Assembly (NCBI RefSeq): GCF_006345805.1
Contig: NC_043006.1
Span: 7,936,001-8,000,000, forward strand
Source of the DNA: Octopus sinensis
Lineage: Eukaryota
DNA: 64,000 bases
Reading direction: 5' to 3'
In this document: positions 46,973 to 60,278 of the stretch, piece after piece
Layout: each line of letters opens with the position of its first letter
Numbering within the stretch: position 1 is the stretch's first letter
Position numbers and translations under genes: made by a program
The notes under the pieces: model-generated
What the model saw: only the letters and a program-made list of their open reading frames with translations
What the model was told of the DNA's origin: nothing
The model's database searches: none

Positions 46973-47236
46973 ATGTCCCTTAGTTGCAAACACATGTCAT
47001 ATAACTGCAATACAATGCTGTATCACCGACAATAATGTGATTTCTCTAAGACATCGCTCAGTAATCTATGAAATGCATCTACACATTTCTCAATACATAC
47101 CGCTGTTATGACTTCCCTCCCTTATTTTATGCCTCCATCGTAGATGAGCAGATTCTCTTGTACAATTTAATGCACTGGATAATATTTATATTACCGTGTA
47201 CGAGTGAGTGTGTGTACGTGTATATTTGTACATGTT

Positions 47237-47410
47237 GATAATGATGGTTTCAAATTTTTCCACAAGGGCAGCAATTTTGGAGAAGAGGATAAGTCAATTA
47301 CATCGACCCCAGTACTTGATTGGCACTTAATTTGTCGACCCCGAAAGGATGAAAGGCAAAGTCGACCTCGGCGTAATTTGAACTCAGAACGTACAGATGG
47401 GAGAAATACC
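47237..47410 (-). mobile_element. SINE family B1 body, head-less
   Basis: On the minus strand it starts at ggtatttc, directly after the B2 tail. Confidence 0.8.
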
Positions 47411-47649
47411 TATTTCTATTTCTTTACTACCCACTAGGGGCTAAACTCAGAGGGGACGAACAAGGACAGACAAACGGATTAAGTTGATTATATCGACCCC
47501 AGTGCGTAACTGGTACTTATTTAATCGACCCCGAAAGGATGAAAGGCAAAGTCGACCTCGGCGGAATTTGAACCCAGAACGTAACCGCTGACGAAATACC
47601 ACTAAGCATTTTGCCCGGCGTGCTAACAATTCTGCCAACTCATTGTCTT
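47411..47649 (-). mobile_element. SINE family B2
   Basis: Full head, core and tail on the minus strand. Confidence 0.85.
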
Positions 47650-48099
47650 ACATGTTAGTAATAATGACAATCAGAGTTGTCGCTATTGTTGTGCATCCCA
47701 AAGAACTCTTTTCGCGCGATCCTATGATAAAAGACGTTCCATCTATGATCATCCAGTCTTCTTGCTGGCCTGGTTTGTCTACGACTGCAATAACTTATTT
47801 GTCCTTCCATTTCTCATTTTTAAGACAGCTGAGTAATTTGGAGATTTTGTTGGCTAATCTATTTAGTAGGTCACATGACCATTTAGAGACTCCATGCTTG
47901 GCAGGAGATTAGGATTAAATATAAAGAAAAATATTTGGAATAATGTTTGAACATATATTCAGAGTGTGAACGAAAGGGAGGAGTAAAGAGAGAAATGGGT
48001 AGAGAAAGAGACAGGAAGATAAATAAGCAGAAACGGAGAGAGAAATACTTAGAAAAGATGAAGAGATGGAAAAGATGAAGAGATAGAAAGGTTGAGCTA

Positions 48100-48620
<521 letters not shown>

Positions 48621-49789
48621 GTTAGAGGAAACAGCATAACAGAGAGAGATACATAGACAGAAGCAGAATTCAAAAAAACAGAAAGAGAGAAAGTGATAAA
48701 ATGAGAGAAAGGGCATGATAGAAAGACACTGTTAAAGAGGAAAATATATTCACTCTATGTCACTGATAAAGGCGTATCATTAAATAGCTGTTCTGTCTTT
48801 GCAGCAGATGAATCAATAAAAGACGAAATTCTTCATTCTTTTGTGTATGTTATGACCTGAAAAAGTTGTAGTATACAAGAAATGTCTTCTTTAAAGCTGT
48901 GATCATATACTGACTTCAAATATTTCAATAAAGTTAATGGAAGAACAAAAGCTTTATTTTTTTTCTTTGGTTTTTTTTTTTTTTCTTTGGTATAAATCAT
49001 ATGACGTTTTGATTATGTTCTGCATCTTTGTTCGACACTTCTAGAACTCTCTATAGACAAGAGAATCTGAAAGATAAATAAAGTACCTTCCTTTATTTTG
49101 TTGCCTTCGCTTTATAGATGTTAAGCAATTTAAAACCGTCACGGAGAAAAAGATTAAATTTTTTCGTGGTTAATTGTAATTCTTAAGAATATTCATGTCT
49201 ACATTTTAATTTAAATGTGATCAAAAGTTAATTCCTTGCTCGAAGAAAATGATCAAGAGATAAAGGGCTTATACTGATAATGAAATCTATTCAGAAGGTA
49301 TAGTAAATATTTTGTTGTTTCTATGACATCTGTATTTCAAGTCGTGCAGAAACCTACTGTTGCCATTTCTATTTTGTTTTTATTATTATTGTTTTCTTTT
49401 CTTGTTGCTTTTTTTTCTTCGTTTGTTTTATTGTGTTTAACAGATTTCATCTATATCCTTATTTTTATTGCTGAAAACTCTAAATTAACGTATCTTCAGA
49501 AAATTCACTAATTATTGGATTTAGTTAAGGTTTTAATCTGTTAAAATACTACTTACTGTCTTCTTTCTTCCGTTAACTTTGCTAACCATTAAAAGTTGAG
49601 TTCGTGACATCAAAGATAATACAGTTCTTTGACCATTAGTAATTAAGTCTAAATAATTCTTTAAAATATTTCAACTACATTTTATTCGCTGCTATCACTA
49701 CTAAATACAGGTGCCTCTTGCTGTGTAGTCCCTATATCAAAAAGACAGTCAGTCATTCGATATTGATAAATATATAAATATAAACGTAT

Positions 49790-49990
49790 GTGGTTCCTGA
49801 TCTCATGAGTAAGATTTGGGGTTCACATTCGCAATATCATGGATTCTATTCCCGAACCGGGTGAAGCCTTGTGTCCTTCAACAAAAAATTTCGTTCCATA
49901 TTATTCCAGTCTAAGCAGATGAAGATGAGTTTGGAAGGGCAAGGCAAGTTGAGCTGCTATTTCCCATCCAGTTATGAATGAGCTAGCCAG
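49790..49990 (+). mobile_element. Decayed head-D/CORE-like SINE
   Basis: ggattctattcccgaaccggg..ccttgtgtccttcaacaaaaaatttcgttccatattattccagtc resembles 24510-24600. Confidence 0.4.
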
Positions 49991-50300
49991 AGCTGTGATG
50001 CCATCTATGGATGATCGATTACATTACTCTAAATCCCACCATATTGTTCTCAAGATTGAAACAGAAACTAGTGTAACAGAGCAAAAATTTCGATTTTTAG
50101 TTATTAAAGTAGAAAAGTGTGAAACAGGTAAGCGCTTGTTTCTTCCATATGAAGCATTGATATCATATGGATATCAGATGACAATTGCTAGCCCAGGTAT
50201 GGGCCTCCACGTTTGCTATAGCCTCTCACACAATGGACGCATAAGTAATGTACACCTGTGTAGACCCCTCAGTGTAGACCCCTCAGGAAGTTCAGATTGA

Positions 50301-50553
50301 GGTAAGTTGAGCCAGGCCTTACGGGGCAAGTTGAGCCAGGTCTTACGGGGCAAGTTGAGCCAGGCCTTACGAGGCAAGTTGAGCCAGGTCTTACGAGGCA
50401 AGTTGAGCCAGGTCTTACGGGGCAAGTTGAACCAGGCCTTATGTGGCAAGTTGAGCCAGGTCTTACGGGGCAAGTTGAACCAAGCCTTACGGGGAAAGTT
50501 GAGCCAGGCCTTACGGGCAAGTTGGGCCAGGCCTTACGGGGAAAGTTGAGCCA
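50301..50553. repeat. 24-bp minisatellite, ten units plus a partial unit
   Basis: Unit aagttgagccagg(c/t)cttacggggc starts at 50304, 50328, 50352, 50376, 50400, 50424, 50448, 50472, 50496, 50519 and 50543. Confidence 0.95.
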
Positions 50554-50684
50554 TAGCTCAGCTTGCTCCAAGATGTTCGTGATGAGACAAATCGGAGAAA
50601 TATCATTCTGATACTGTTCCTCATCATCGAGAACATCTGATGGCTGTGGTGAAGACTTGCAGGACTACAGTATTAGTAGAAAAG

Positions 50685-50800
50685 GAGAGTACATCTAACG
50701 AGCGAAAGGGAGAGTACACTAAATGAGCGAAAAGAGTACACTGAACGAGCAAAAAGGAGACTACATTGAATGAGCGAAAGAGTAGAACATGGAGCGAGCG
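50685..50800. repeat. Degenerate 21-25 bp tandem repeat, five units
   Basis: gagtacact(a/g)aa(t/c)gagcgaaa-like units at the start of the transposase remnant. Confidence 0.7.
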
Positions 50801-51420
50801 GCCGATGCTGTTGCTGGCAGACAGAGTGTGTGTAGTGCGGCTAAGGGCTTTGCCATCGAGCGAATGACAATACTGCCTATATACCCCTGGCCTTGCAGCA
50901 AGTGGTGCTTCCTCCTGGCATAGAGAAAGATTTAGACAATCACGTGAAACATTTGGAAGATATGTTTCATGACTCGTTGATGGATAGGTGCTTTCACCTG
51001 CATACGAACTTGCCAAACGAAACAATCTAGATACGCCAGTCAGGTGGGATCGCGAGAAGGCAGGTCAAGATTGGGGGTTAGGCTTCTAGAAGCGACAGAA
51101 CATGGCAATAAGAAATCCATAAGCCTCATCCTTAGGACGTGATCCTACTTTCAACCGACCAATGGTGGATATCATTAAAGGTGACTTTGTGGTTGTCAAA
51201 TGTGCAGGCAAATTATTTGTGCATTGCATTGCCCGGGTCAATGTACTCAATAGAGAGGAATTTCAGTTTGAATGTGTTTTCTTGTAAAAGGTTGCTGGAA
51301 AAGTTGGAGCTGTCAACTCAGTGTTTGTTCCGAATCCAAAGGATGAATCAGGTTTTGAACTGGTAGCCGTAGTATATTTACTTCCACAGCCTAAGAACAT
51401 TGGCAATCTTCCCATTGTTC
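50789..51420 (+). pseudogene. pogo/Tigger-type transposase remnant lacking the DDE domain
   Basis: MERAADAVAGRQSVCSAAKGFAIERMT (psq-like HTH); EKDLDNHVKHLEDMFH..AYELAKRNNL..KAGQDW..GF*KR..R.P*ASSLGR (CENP-B HTH); joined to GDFVVVK..LPQP C-terminal domain. Confidence 0.75.
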
Positions 51421-52466
51421 TGGCTGGCTCGTGTTCAACCGTGACTTGTCAGTGTGGCAGCTTAATCAAATTGATTTCTAACATCTATTTCCCTATTCAA
51501 ATGATGAAGCTGGCATTGATGAGCAAGATATCATGCCTTAGTTTCCATAACCAGATGTTGGCATTTCTTATGTATTTGGAACACTTTTTCCTTAATCATG
51601 ACTTGAAACTGTGACAATTTTACAATAAACTGAAAAGATACACAATATATTTGGTAGACTTCAAATTTATTATTCTTCAACAAGAAGAGTACTGATAGTG
51701 GCTTCGAAGTCTCAGTCAGCTAAGCCATCATCGAACTGTAAATCATTTATATAGTCTCTGTTTGGGTTCGAAATAATTTCCTACGGTAACCCGAGTTATC
51801 CTGAATGATAATTAGGTTGTATGATAGGTTGTGGCGGTAAAATGGTATAGAGAATTTTTATTGATTAAATTTGGGCAAGTACTGGTGGTCAGAATTTATC
51901 CATGCATGTATAAGTTCGTAATTAGGTGTGTACGTTTAAGTACACACGCTTAAAGTCAAAATGATTCACAAAAGAGTGTTGGAAAGCTGTAAGTCAGGCG
52001 TAGGAGTGGACTGTTACAGAGACAAGATGTGAGTTTTGGGCTCCGTGAATAGAAACAAGAACAAAGAGAAAAATTGTCAATTATGGCTCACTATAGCGAG
52101 CAAAATATTGGGTTCTCATCGCCATAACGGTGAATTGAGAATTTTTGCTTGAAAATTCTTTTTGTAAATTCTAGTGGGCGTATCACGCCAGAAAAAGTAG
52201 GATTTTTCCGAACTGGAGTACTTCAAGAATAAGCCATTTGGATTACCTTTTTGGAGTATTATACAAAGGATTACCTGTTTGTGCTATATGTGAGGTTTTT
52301 ATTTTATTTTTCCTTTCTATTTTTTCTTTCTTTCTAAATTTCTGTTCATTCTTTTCATTATTTTGACTTCAGTTTCCTTTCCTCCTCTTTTATTTTGTTT
52401 TATTTTTATTCGGTTTAAATTTTTGGCAGACTGTCTTTTGAACTACTTTTAAACTGTTTTTTAGAC

Positions 52467-53191
52467 ATGGCAGAGAAGGAACTTAAAAAGAAGAACTCTG
52501 TCTTAGAGTGGAAAATTAACCCGCCTAAGCAGTGGTTAAAAGATATGGAGGAGAGGACGGTAGTGCTTAGGACTTATTCTAAAGTTCTTAATTCCATCAC
52601 CGTCTTCGCAAAACAAGTTATAGAAAACAAAATGAAAGACTATTTGTCCTCTGTAAAATACATATCCCGTGGTGTCAAGCATGCAACCATATGGTTGCTG
52701 TTTGGCAACGGGGAAAAGACTCGGCAGTTTGCGAGTCAGCCTTTAGAAGGCAAGGAAATTCTGTTCCTCCCGTCGTATTGCGGGAGGAAATTAATAAGAG
52801 CCTTGGTATGTGGGTTACCCCCAGGCACCGAAGCGGGTTGGATTGAAGATACTATCGGACGAGGACTGGGGGATGGCGGGCCCAGGCTCTTAAATGTAAG
52901 GGTAATGCCGGCGGTCGATTGGGAAGGGTCAAAAACGATTTTGACCCTGTGGACCCCATGGGCCGCAACAGATCTGATTTTTCCAGATTTTTTTAAATGG
53001 CTGGCTGCAGGTATCCGGTGATACTTGAGGGACGTCCCCTCAAGTGTCACTCGTGCCTGCAGCCAGGCCACATTAAAATGAACTGCCCCCAGGACCATGG
53101 TAAGGTCCTGGAACAGTCACTGGATGCCACCTACCTTACCCGGTCAAAGAGAGAGGTGGATGTGAAGCCTCCTCGACCCAAAATGGATTGA
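52467..53191 (+). pseudogene. Gag-like ORF1 of a Tx1/L1-type retrotransposon, split by a 1-nt indel
   Basis: ORFs 52467-53021 and 52997-53191; CX2CX4HX4C knuckle CHSCLQPGHIKMNC at 53045-53086; indel in the T7-A3 run at 52988-52997. Confidence 0.7.
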
Positions 53192-53992
53192 AAAGGAAGA
53201 AGGCGGGCAACAATAGTTGCCCACCGAAGGAACCTAACTTCTGGAGGCGGGGGAGACACTCCGGACAAAGCGGAAGTGCTCCACTCTCCCGAAGTCAGGA
53301 AGAAAAGAAGTAAAATGAAAGAAGAAGAACGGGTCATCGCAGGGGGGAGATGATGTACCCGCTGCATGTCCCGAAGTTGTACCACCTACGGTGGAAAGAA
53401 CGACCCCCCACCCTTAAAGAGGATAAATTAATTATCTTTTTCTACAAGGTCGGGGAGGTGGAAAAATAGTAGAAGAACATCAAGAGGCAGTAGACATGCC
53501 TTTCACACGGGATCCCGAATGGCCTCTGCAGATATCTGTTGAGGTCATAAGATTTCCCTTGTGGTAGAGTTTATTTGGTTTGCACGTTGGAAATATTTAT
53601 GGCATTTTCCCCGTTTATACTTAAAGTGTAGGTTATCATTTAGGTATGTCACAGTGATATTAGTATGGAGAGTTTGTTTAGCAAGTTTTTAATGATCACA
53701 AGCGTTTGTAGGTAGGTTTAAAGTTTATTAAGCGGTATATTTGTCTCTAGTGGATCATCGTTCTTGAAAATATTTGGTTGCTATTTATATCATTTAATGT
53801 ATGTGTTAAAGGAGGTGAGATTTGTAGGCTATTTTCTTTTTTTATATAAATATTTCTTATTTTTGATTTCAGGCATGGGAACTTTTTACATGTTGGATTA
53901 TGTGTATTTAATAAAATGTGTAAAACGCATGCATTATAAAGAATGCTCAAGAAATTCTAAGCCAAGTCGTTCGTATATCTTCCTAGCATGAA

Positions 53993-54105
53993 TTCCGGGT
54001 TCAGTCCCATTGCGTGGCACCTTGGGCAAGTGTCTTCTACTATAGCCTCGGGCCCACCAAAGCCTTGTGAGTGGATTTGGTAGACGGAAAATGAAAGAAG
54101 CCTGT

Positions 54106-54156
<51 letters not shown>

Positions 54157-54425
54157 TATATATATATGTATGTATGTATATGTATATATGTATATGTATA
54201 TGTTGTGTAACTGTGTTTGTCCCACCCCCCAACATCGCTTGACAACCGATGCTGGTGTGCTCAGGTCCCCGTAACTTAGCGGTTCGGCAAAAGACACCGA
54301 CAGAATAAGTACTAGGCTTACAAAGAATAAGTCCTGGGGTCGATTTGATTCGACTAAAGGCGGTGCTCCAGCATGGCCGCAGTCAAATGACTGAAACAGG
54401 TAAAAGAGAGTAAAAGAGTAAAGAG
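53993..54425 (+). mobile_element. SINE family C, 5'-truncated
   Basis: Starts at ttccgggttcagtccc; internal (TA)n; (agtaaag)n tail. Confidence 0.9.
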
Positions 54426-55059
54426 TATGTATTTTTGTGGGTTTATCCCTTTAAGTTTTACTTCTTTCTCTCGTTAGCCTGCGGCCATGCTGGAGCACCA
54501 CATTGAATAAGTTTTTGTTGAATGATGTGAACACAGTACTTTTGTTTAAGCCTGGTACACTCAATTTTTCTGACTTTCTTACATTTAGCGAAATTCGGTT
54601 TTAACTGTAAGGCACGCACTTCATCCGTATCTAGCTGTACTACACCGTCCAGGAGTCTAATTATTGTTGCTGTTGTTGGTGGTGCCGGTGGTGGTGGTGG
54701 TATTGTTTTTCAGTGGCCTGACGCCGACGTCCTCTGGTAGTTTACATTCCGACATGACAGGGACTCATGGAGGCACACATCCATACATTACAGACGCACG
54801 TACATAGTCACACAAACCCATCCACATAGACTGACTCAAACAAGCAAACACAAGGAGACAGAGGTACAAACACAAATACACACATATACAAACACACACA
54901 TACAAACACACAAACATGAACACAAACACATGAATATGCAGAATACATACATACACACAAACGTACACACACGCATACATATATACGTACACACACACAC
55001 ATGCATGCACACACATACATACATACCTACATACATACATACATGCATACATGCATACA

Positions 55060-55610
55060 TAGTGGCTGTCCCCTCGTTATTAAGTATGGCCATTGCACGA
55101 AGCTTAATCAATGTTGTTATCGTGCAATGCCTGTGCAAGATTTGTTTTTAAGTGAGGGAAGGTTGTGCACTGAGTCAATCCCACTCACTAAGCAACAGCA
55201 GCCATAATCCGAAAAGAAGAAAAAGTCAACATCATCGGTAACCACTGAGTCGCAGGTTTTATGTCGGAGTTATTCCAGTTACCTGAGTTACCTTCTCCTA
55301 GAAGAATGCCCTAACAAAGGCTAGGAGTCCTTTACTCTCATTGGTTTAACCGCGCGATCAGGTATTCAGTCCGATTATTTCTATGTCTCCGCGCATGATA
55401 CAGCCTTAAGACATTTATTGGATGGCCGTTCACTCACAAGAGTTCCTCCACCCTTTGACGGGTTTTGTTTTTCATCCCGCAGGGTGTGCAATAAACACCC
55501 TCCTCGCCAAGCAAGCTTGGTGGGGTTGCTGGTTTAGTCGCCGACGACCCGACCATGCAACAGGTTGTACTGGGTTACATGTTACCAGCAGCACTCGAAA
55601 GTGACCAGAC
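55060..55610. mobile_element. Unclassified GC-richer insert between (TACA)n tracts
   Basis: Sharp microsatellite boundaries; no recognisable ORF. Confidence 0.4.
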
Positions 55611-56242
55611 ATACATACATACATACATACATACATACATACATACTACATACATACATACATACATACATACATACATGCATATGTGTACACACATGCA
55701 CACATGCGTAAACAAGAAAAAAAAAGAACATAGCTCTGATAACGGACAGAGTCAATGACTATTGAAGAGGTTGGAAGACAACGAAAATTTTAGAAAAAAT
55801 GAATAACTAAATGAGTGGAAATCGAACGTGTGTTTAGTAAAAAGGCACTAAAAGAGAATGATCCTCCCAGACACAATAATATATAATGGTATTTGTACCT
55901 ATCTAGCAACGAAAGCATGATGAATATTTTTGTATGCTTTTGATATTCGCATTTGTAAAATGAATAAATAATCCAACATTATAATATCCGTAAGTTGATG
56001 AACAAACTAAATTTGTTTCTCCATTTTCTATTTGTATCTATATTGTATTATAAATTTACGGTAAAAATATTTCTTTACCTTCACCCGTTTAATACAATGA
56101 CTTAATTGCATTGCAATTATAAATATTTATGTATTAAGAATTTGCGTATCAACAGTATATTGGATAAAGGATATCCCATACTGGGTTACACCCATAACCC
56201 CTATCTTACTTTGTATTATATATAAATATGTATATATATATA

Positions 56243-56332
56243 AGTGACACTGGCCCGAGGTACCGCGCAGTGGGATCCAACCTGGAACCATGTGGTTAAG
56301 GAGCAAGCCTCTTACCAAACAGCCATGCCTGG
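56243..56332 (-). mobile_element. SINE family C head fragment
   Basis: gaggtaccgcgcagtgggatccaacctggaaccatgtggtt is the reverse complement of the family C head. Confidence 0.7.
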
Positions 56333-56674
56333 GGACTTGTATAAGAGAAATATGTCGGAACAGCTTTGAAAAACGCATAGGTGATTACTTCCGGATTTGT
56401 TCAGTATAGAATTGTAATATCAGTTTTTATGTGTGTTATTATGTAGGTAGTTGACGGTGAAAGTAGTTTAGGTGGATGTAGGGATGAGGTATTTTCATAT
56501 TTAGCTGCTAGAAAAAAACTATTGGTTTGATATGTTTTAGAAGAATGCACTGGAATTCATAAAAACGAATGTATATAGAGGTACATCATTACGTTGCGCG
56601 TGTGCATCTATAAAGTTTAAGTGTTTTCTTGACAAGTTATATGCTCAGATATCTGAAATGAATGTTAAGACGAA

Positions 56675-56709
<35 letters not shown>

Positions 56710-56715
56710 GGCTGA

Positions 56716-56769
<54 letters not shown>

Positions 56770-57299
56770 TTTAAAAATAATTGAGAATTTTGTTCATCTT
56801 CTGCAATGAGTGTAAATTTAATCAAATATTATATATTTGTTGCGTATTAAGAAACACCAGATATAATCTTATGGTGATTTTATTTAGGATTTTCAATTCA
56901 ATAAAAGATTTTACACAGACATTGTGAATATAGTTTGATAAAATTATTGAAAACATTTTGAACCATTTACAGATGACCTCTTCAATAATCAATCACACAT
57001 TTTGAATTTTTCGATAAAAAGTTAACAAAAATATCAATGAAAAGTATACGCCATTCAAATACACCTTTTTTTAAATTTATGATTTATGTTTCAGAAGGTT
57101 TATTACCGAAATGTGTTTATAAGAAATGTTTTTTTGCAGCATGGGGTCTCACAGAGAATACCAGATTTTAGCTCTCTCTGCAATCGTAATATTTAATGTA
57201 TCTGTGACAAATATTCATCCCTTTTACGAAATTTAAATCTATATCAATAGTCGTTCTGTCTCTTTCCGTGGACCAGTTTTGTCTATCAATATATGCACC

Positions 57300-58150
57300 T
57301 AAGTTCTCCTATATAATTAACTAATGATTTTACAGCGGGACCAAAGTGCAAATTCTAAGTTCTACGTAGCCGAATGGCTAACTGGTCAGTCTGATATAAC
57401 TAAATGCCTGTCATTGTTAACTAATAAACTACACAGCCTTACATGACTGTTTGACTAAGTTATCAACTTGTGAGATAGCAGTGGGACCAACTCTTAATCC
57501 CCATAAAAAAGATTTCACCAAATTCCACAGACATTTTTCTATCTCTCCAGTAGTAGTGGTAGTAAATTAGTACCCCTGATGATCAAATTGTACCTTGCTC
57601 ATTATAAATTAAAAACGTTTCCTGTGTTAACTAGTGAAATTCTCTGATGTGTCTGTCTACTCAATCCCTGAAAAGAATTTCAGTTCAAGCCTTCATTTTT
57701 ACTTTCGTCCAGGCCTCTTTGAAACGCTCTTTCCCAATAATAGGAAGCAACTCTCTTATTAAAACTATTCTAATAAAATTATAGAGCCTTGTTGTCCTAA
57801 GAAGGAATAACTAAGAGTGCTCATCGTGGTCGAATTTCTATTAAGTTAGGTAAAACATGCACTTAGTACCAGATGCCTTCGAGGCATTTAACGTGTGGTG
57901 AGATGCTGCATATCATCCATCATTATGCTACTCATAACTGAAACCAGAAGCTAAATTCAGTGGCAACGCGAGCCTATTTCGAAGCATGTGTTTTGGTGAT
58001 TCAGGAGAGCCAAATTCATTTCTACGTTTTCCATTTCTACTGGTTTCATCGTTAGTTCCACTATTTTCTTCGAAGATTACTCGAACAAAACTCAGTGCTT
58101 ATTATAGACAAGATACATTTGTTCTGACATTCCATTGCCCAGAAGCAGCG
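57300..58150 (-). pseudogene. Ancient RTE-like APE endonuclease remnant
   Basis: GQWNVRT near 58130 and a WGLRVG (GDFNAKVG-like) segment near 57500; many stops. Confidence 0.4.
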
Positions 58151-58364
58151 ACGTGCATTATACTCGAATATAATTGGGCTGGAGGTCGTACAGTTGAGTA
58201 CTGGTATAAAATCTCTTTCATATTGCCTTCTCTATCTCACACTTACACCTTGCGCTGTAGAATGATGGCTCCCTGAAACATAGGCATTTCTTTTAGACTC
58301 AGTACTGAAGTTGACCAAGTGTTGACAGATTTTTATAGGACTAATGTCTGTGCCTGCCCTTCGT

Positions 58365-58676
58365 TAGTAATTATCGTAATCACCAACCAGGCTATCAGGT
58401 GTCGTTACACATCGCTGGTCACAGTGCGCTTCGCATTGTTTTAGCCTTCAAATGACGCCATCCCGCTGACTAAGCGAGCAGGTCAACAGAAGAAAGAGTG
58501 AGAGAAAGTTGTGGCGAAAGAGTACAGCAGGGATCGCCACCACCCCCTGCCGGAGCCACGTGGAGCTTTAGGTGTTTTCGCTCAATAAACACTCACAACG
58601 CCCGGTCTGGGAATAGAAATCGCGATCCTACAACAGCGAATCCGCTGCCCTAACCACTGGACCATTGCGCCTCCAC
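58365..58676 (-). mobile_element. SINE head A with tail T3
   Basis: Head A intact; after actctttcttctgttg the sequence differs from tails T1 and T2. Confidence 0.85.
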
Positions 58677-59564
58677 TCGGTAGTAGTAGCCATGTGAAAT
58701 CTTGATGTTACGTAGATTAGTCACTCTCGCTTGCAGTACCGGTGAAAAGATACGAACTGTTGGTTTCAGAATGGGAACTTCGTTACTCCGTCGATTCAGC
58801 CATTTACATATTCTTAAATATTGTAGTAATGTCTTAAACACATTGAGCTGTTGTTTCCAAACTGCATAACTTCCCTTTTGACTATATACTTCAAACTACT
58901 GAACCTAACACAATTCAATAGAATTATCCAATATTTAGCAGAGAACAAACGTTACTTTAGCTTCGATCAATATCAGACAGATTGTAAATGAATCAAGATG
59001 GAAGCTTAAAGATTTCTTAGAGCATCTATTCAATAATAAATATGAAAAACTATGAAATCCATTTTTATAATTCATTCATTTTGTTTTCTGTTTTCAATTA
59101 TTTCTTGTTATGTCTGCACTAAGTAGCAAAAATTAAAATGTTATTTCTAACCGTCAGACTGACTTCTAACAGACTAACTTCCTTCATTTGTACTACAAAA
59201 ATATAAAAACTAAAAGCAACCATTGTCTTTATTTTTTTTCTTCACCAATATAATAAGCAGTGGTGACTGTGACAAAGTTTTTTAATAGATTGAAAGAGAA
59301 ATATCTAATCTATATTACCAGAAACCATGTGTACTTATTCTAGTCGTTTTTGATGTAGATATATTATGTATACGCAGTTGGCATATATACGATAAGCAAA
59401 AACAATATTTAAGGTAAACAGGCGTACTTCCCAACTAAGTTCTCGTACAATTGGCACTGTGGTCGATTATACACATCAGCCAATATGTAGTCTACTAATA
59501 TATTGATCAGACAGATATCTTCGTTCGAGTTAAAATCCTATTTACATTATACGCGATGAATATA

Positions 59565-60278
59565 CAGGGTGATTGAAAAGTAACTCCCTATTTTAAAATA
59601 CTAGTAATTTATTTATTGACTATAATTTTTAGAAAAAACGAATATGTAAAGAAAGTGTATAGAATGGAATTTTATTTAAAATTTAATATAGGCATCAGCA
59701 TTCACCACCAGCTTCTCAAGCCGCCTGGGAACCACATCAACTGATTTCATCAGGAAGTCTTGTGGAATGAAAGACATAACTTCTCGTATTCACCCTTCAA
59801 GTTCTTCCAACGTCATTGGTTTGGAAGAGAAAATTTCCTCCTTTAACCAACCCCAAAGAAAATAGTTGCAGGGTGTTAAATCAGGGCTTCTGGTCAGCCA
59901 GTCATGAATTGATGAATCTGAAGGACGACCACTTCAAGTACCAGCTACAAATCCTGTAGTTATGAATTTTGCATGACAATTCTTGATTATCTTTGTATCA
60001 ACTTGAGCATGCCTTCCTCTAATGGTCCTTCACCATCTTTGCACTTGAACAACTGATCACCAAACTTCGTAATCTACAGCTAGCTGGGCACAGTAAAACA
60101 TCCTGCCATGTTTGTAGGGCTTCTAAATTTCAAACAAAATAATCAATCTGAAGAAACAACAACATGGAATCAATTCCCATACATTAAAGAACATACACAA
60201 GAAATTTGAGAAAGAAATTATCGTTAATAAATAACTTATAAGCATTTTAAAATAGGGAGTTACTTTCCAATCAAACTT
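59565..60278 (-). mobile_element. Tc1/mariner deletion derivative with 38-bp TIRs and TA duplication
   Basis: TA|cagggtgattgaaaagtaactccctattttaaaatact ... agcattttaaaatagggagttactttccaatcaaactt|TA; remnant WLTRSPDLTPCNYFLWGWLKEEIF..IKF* at 59676-59905. Confidence 0.85.

Noticed and set aside
50301-50553. CRISPR-like appearance of the 24-bp array
   Set aside because: There are no unique spacers and no cas genes, and the context is eukaryotic.
52985-53000. Programmed -1 frameshift at the T7 run in the gag-like ORF
   Set aside because: A -1 slip on the T run meets TAA at 52994-52996 immediately; a simple indel is more likely.
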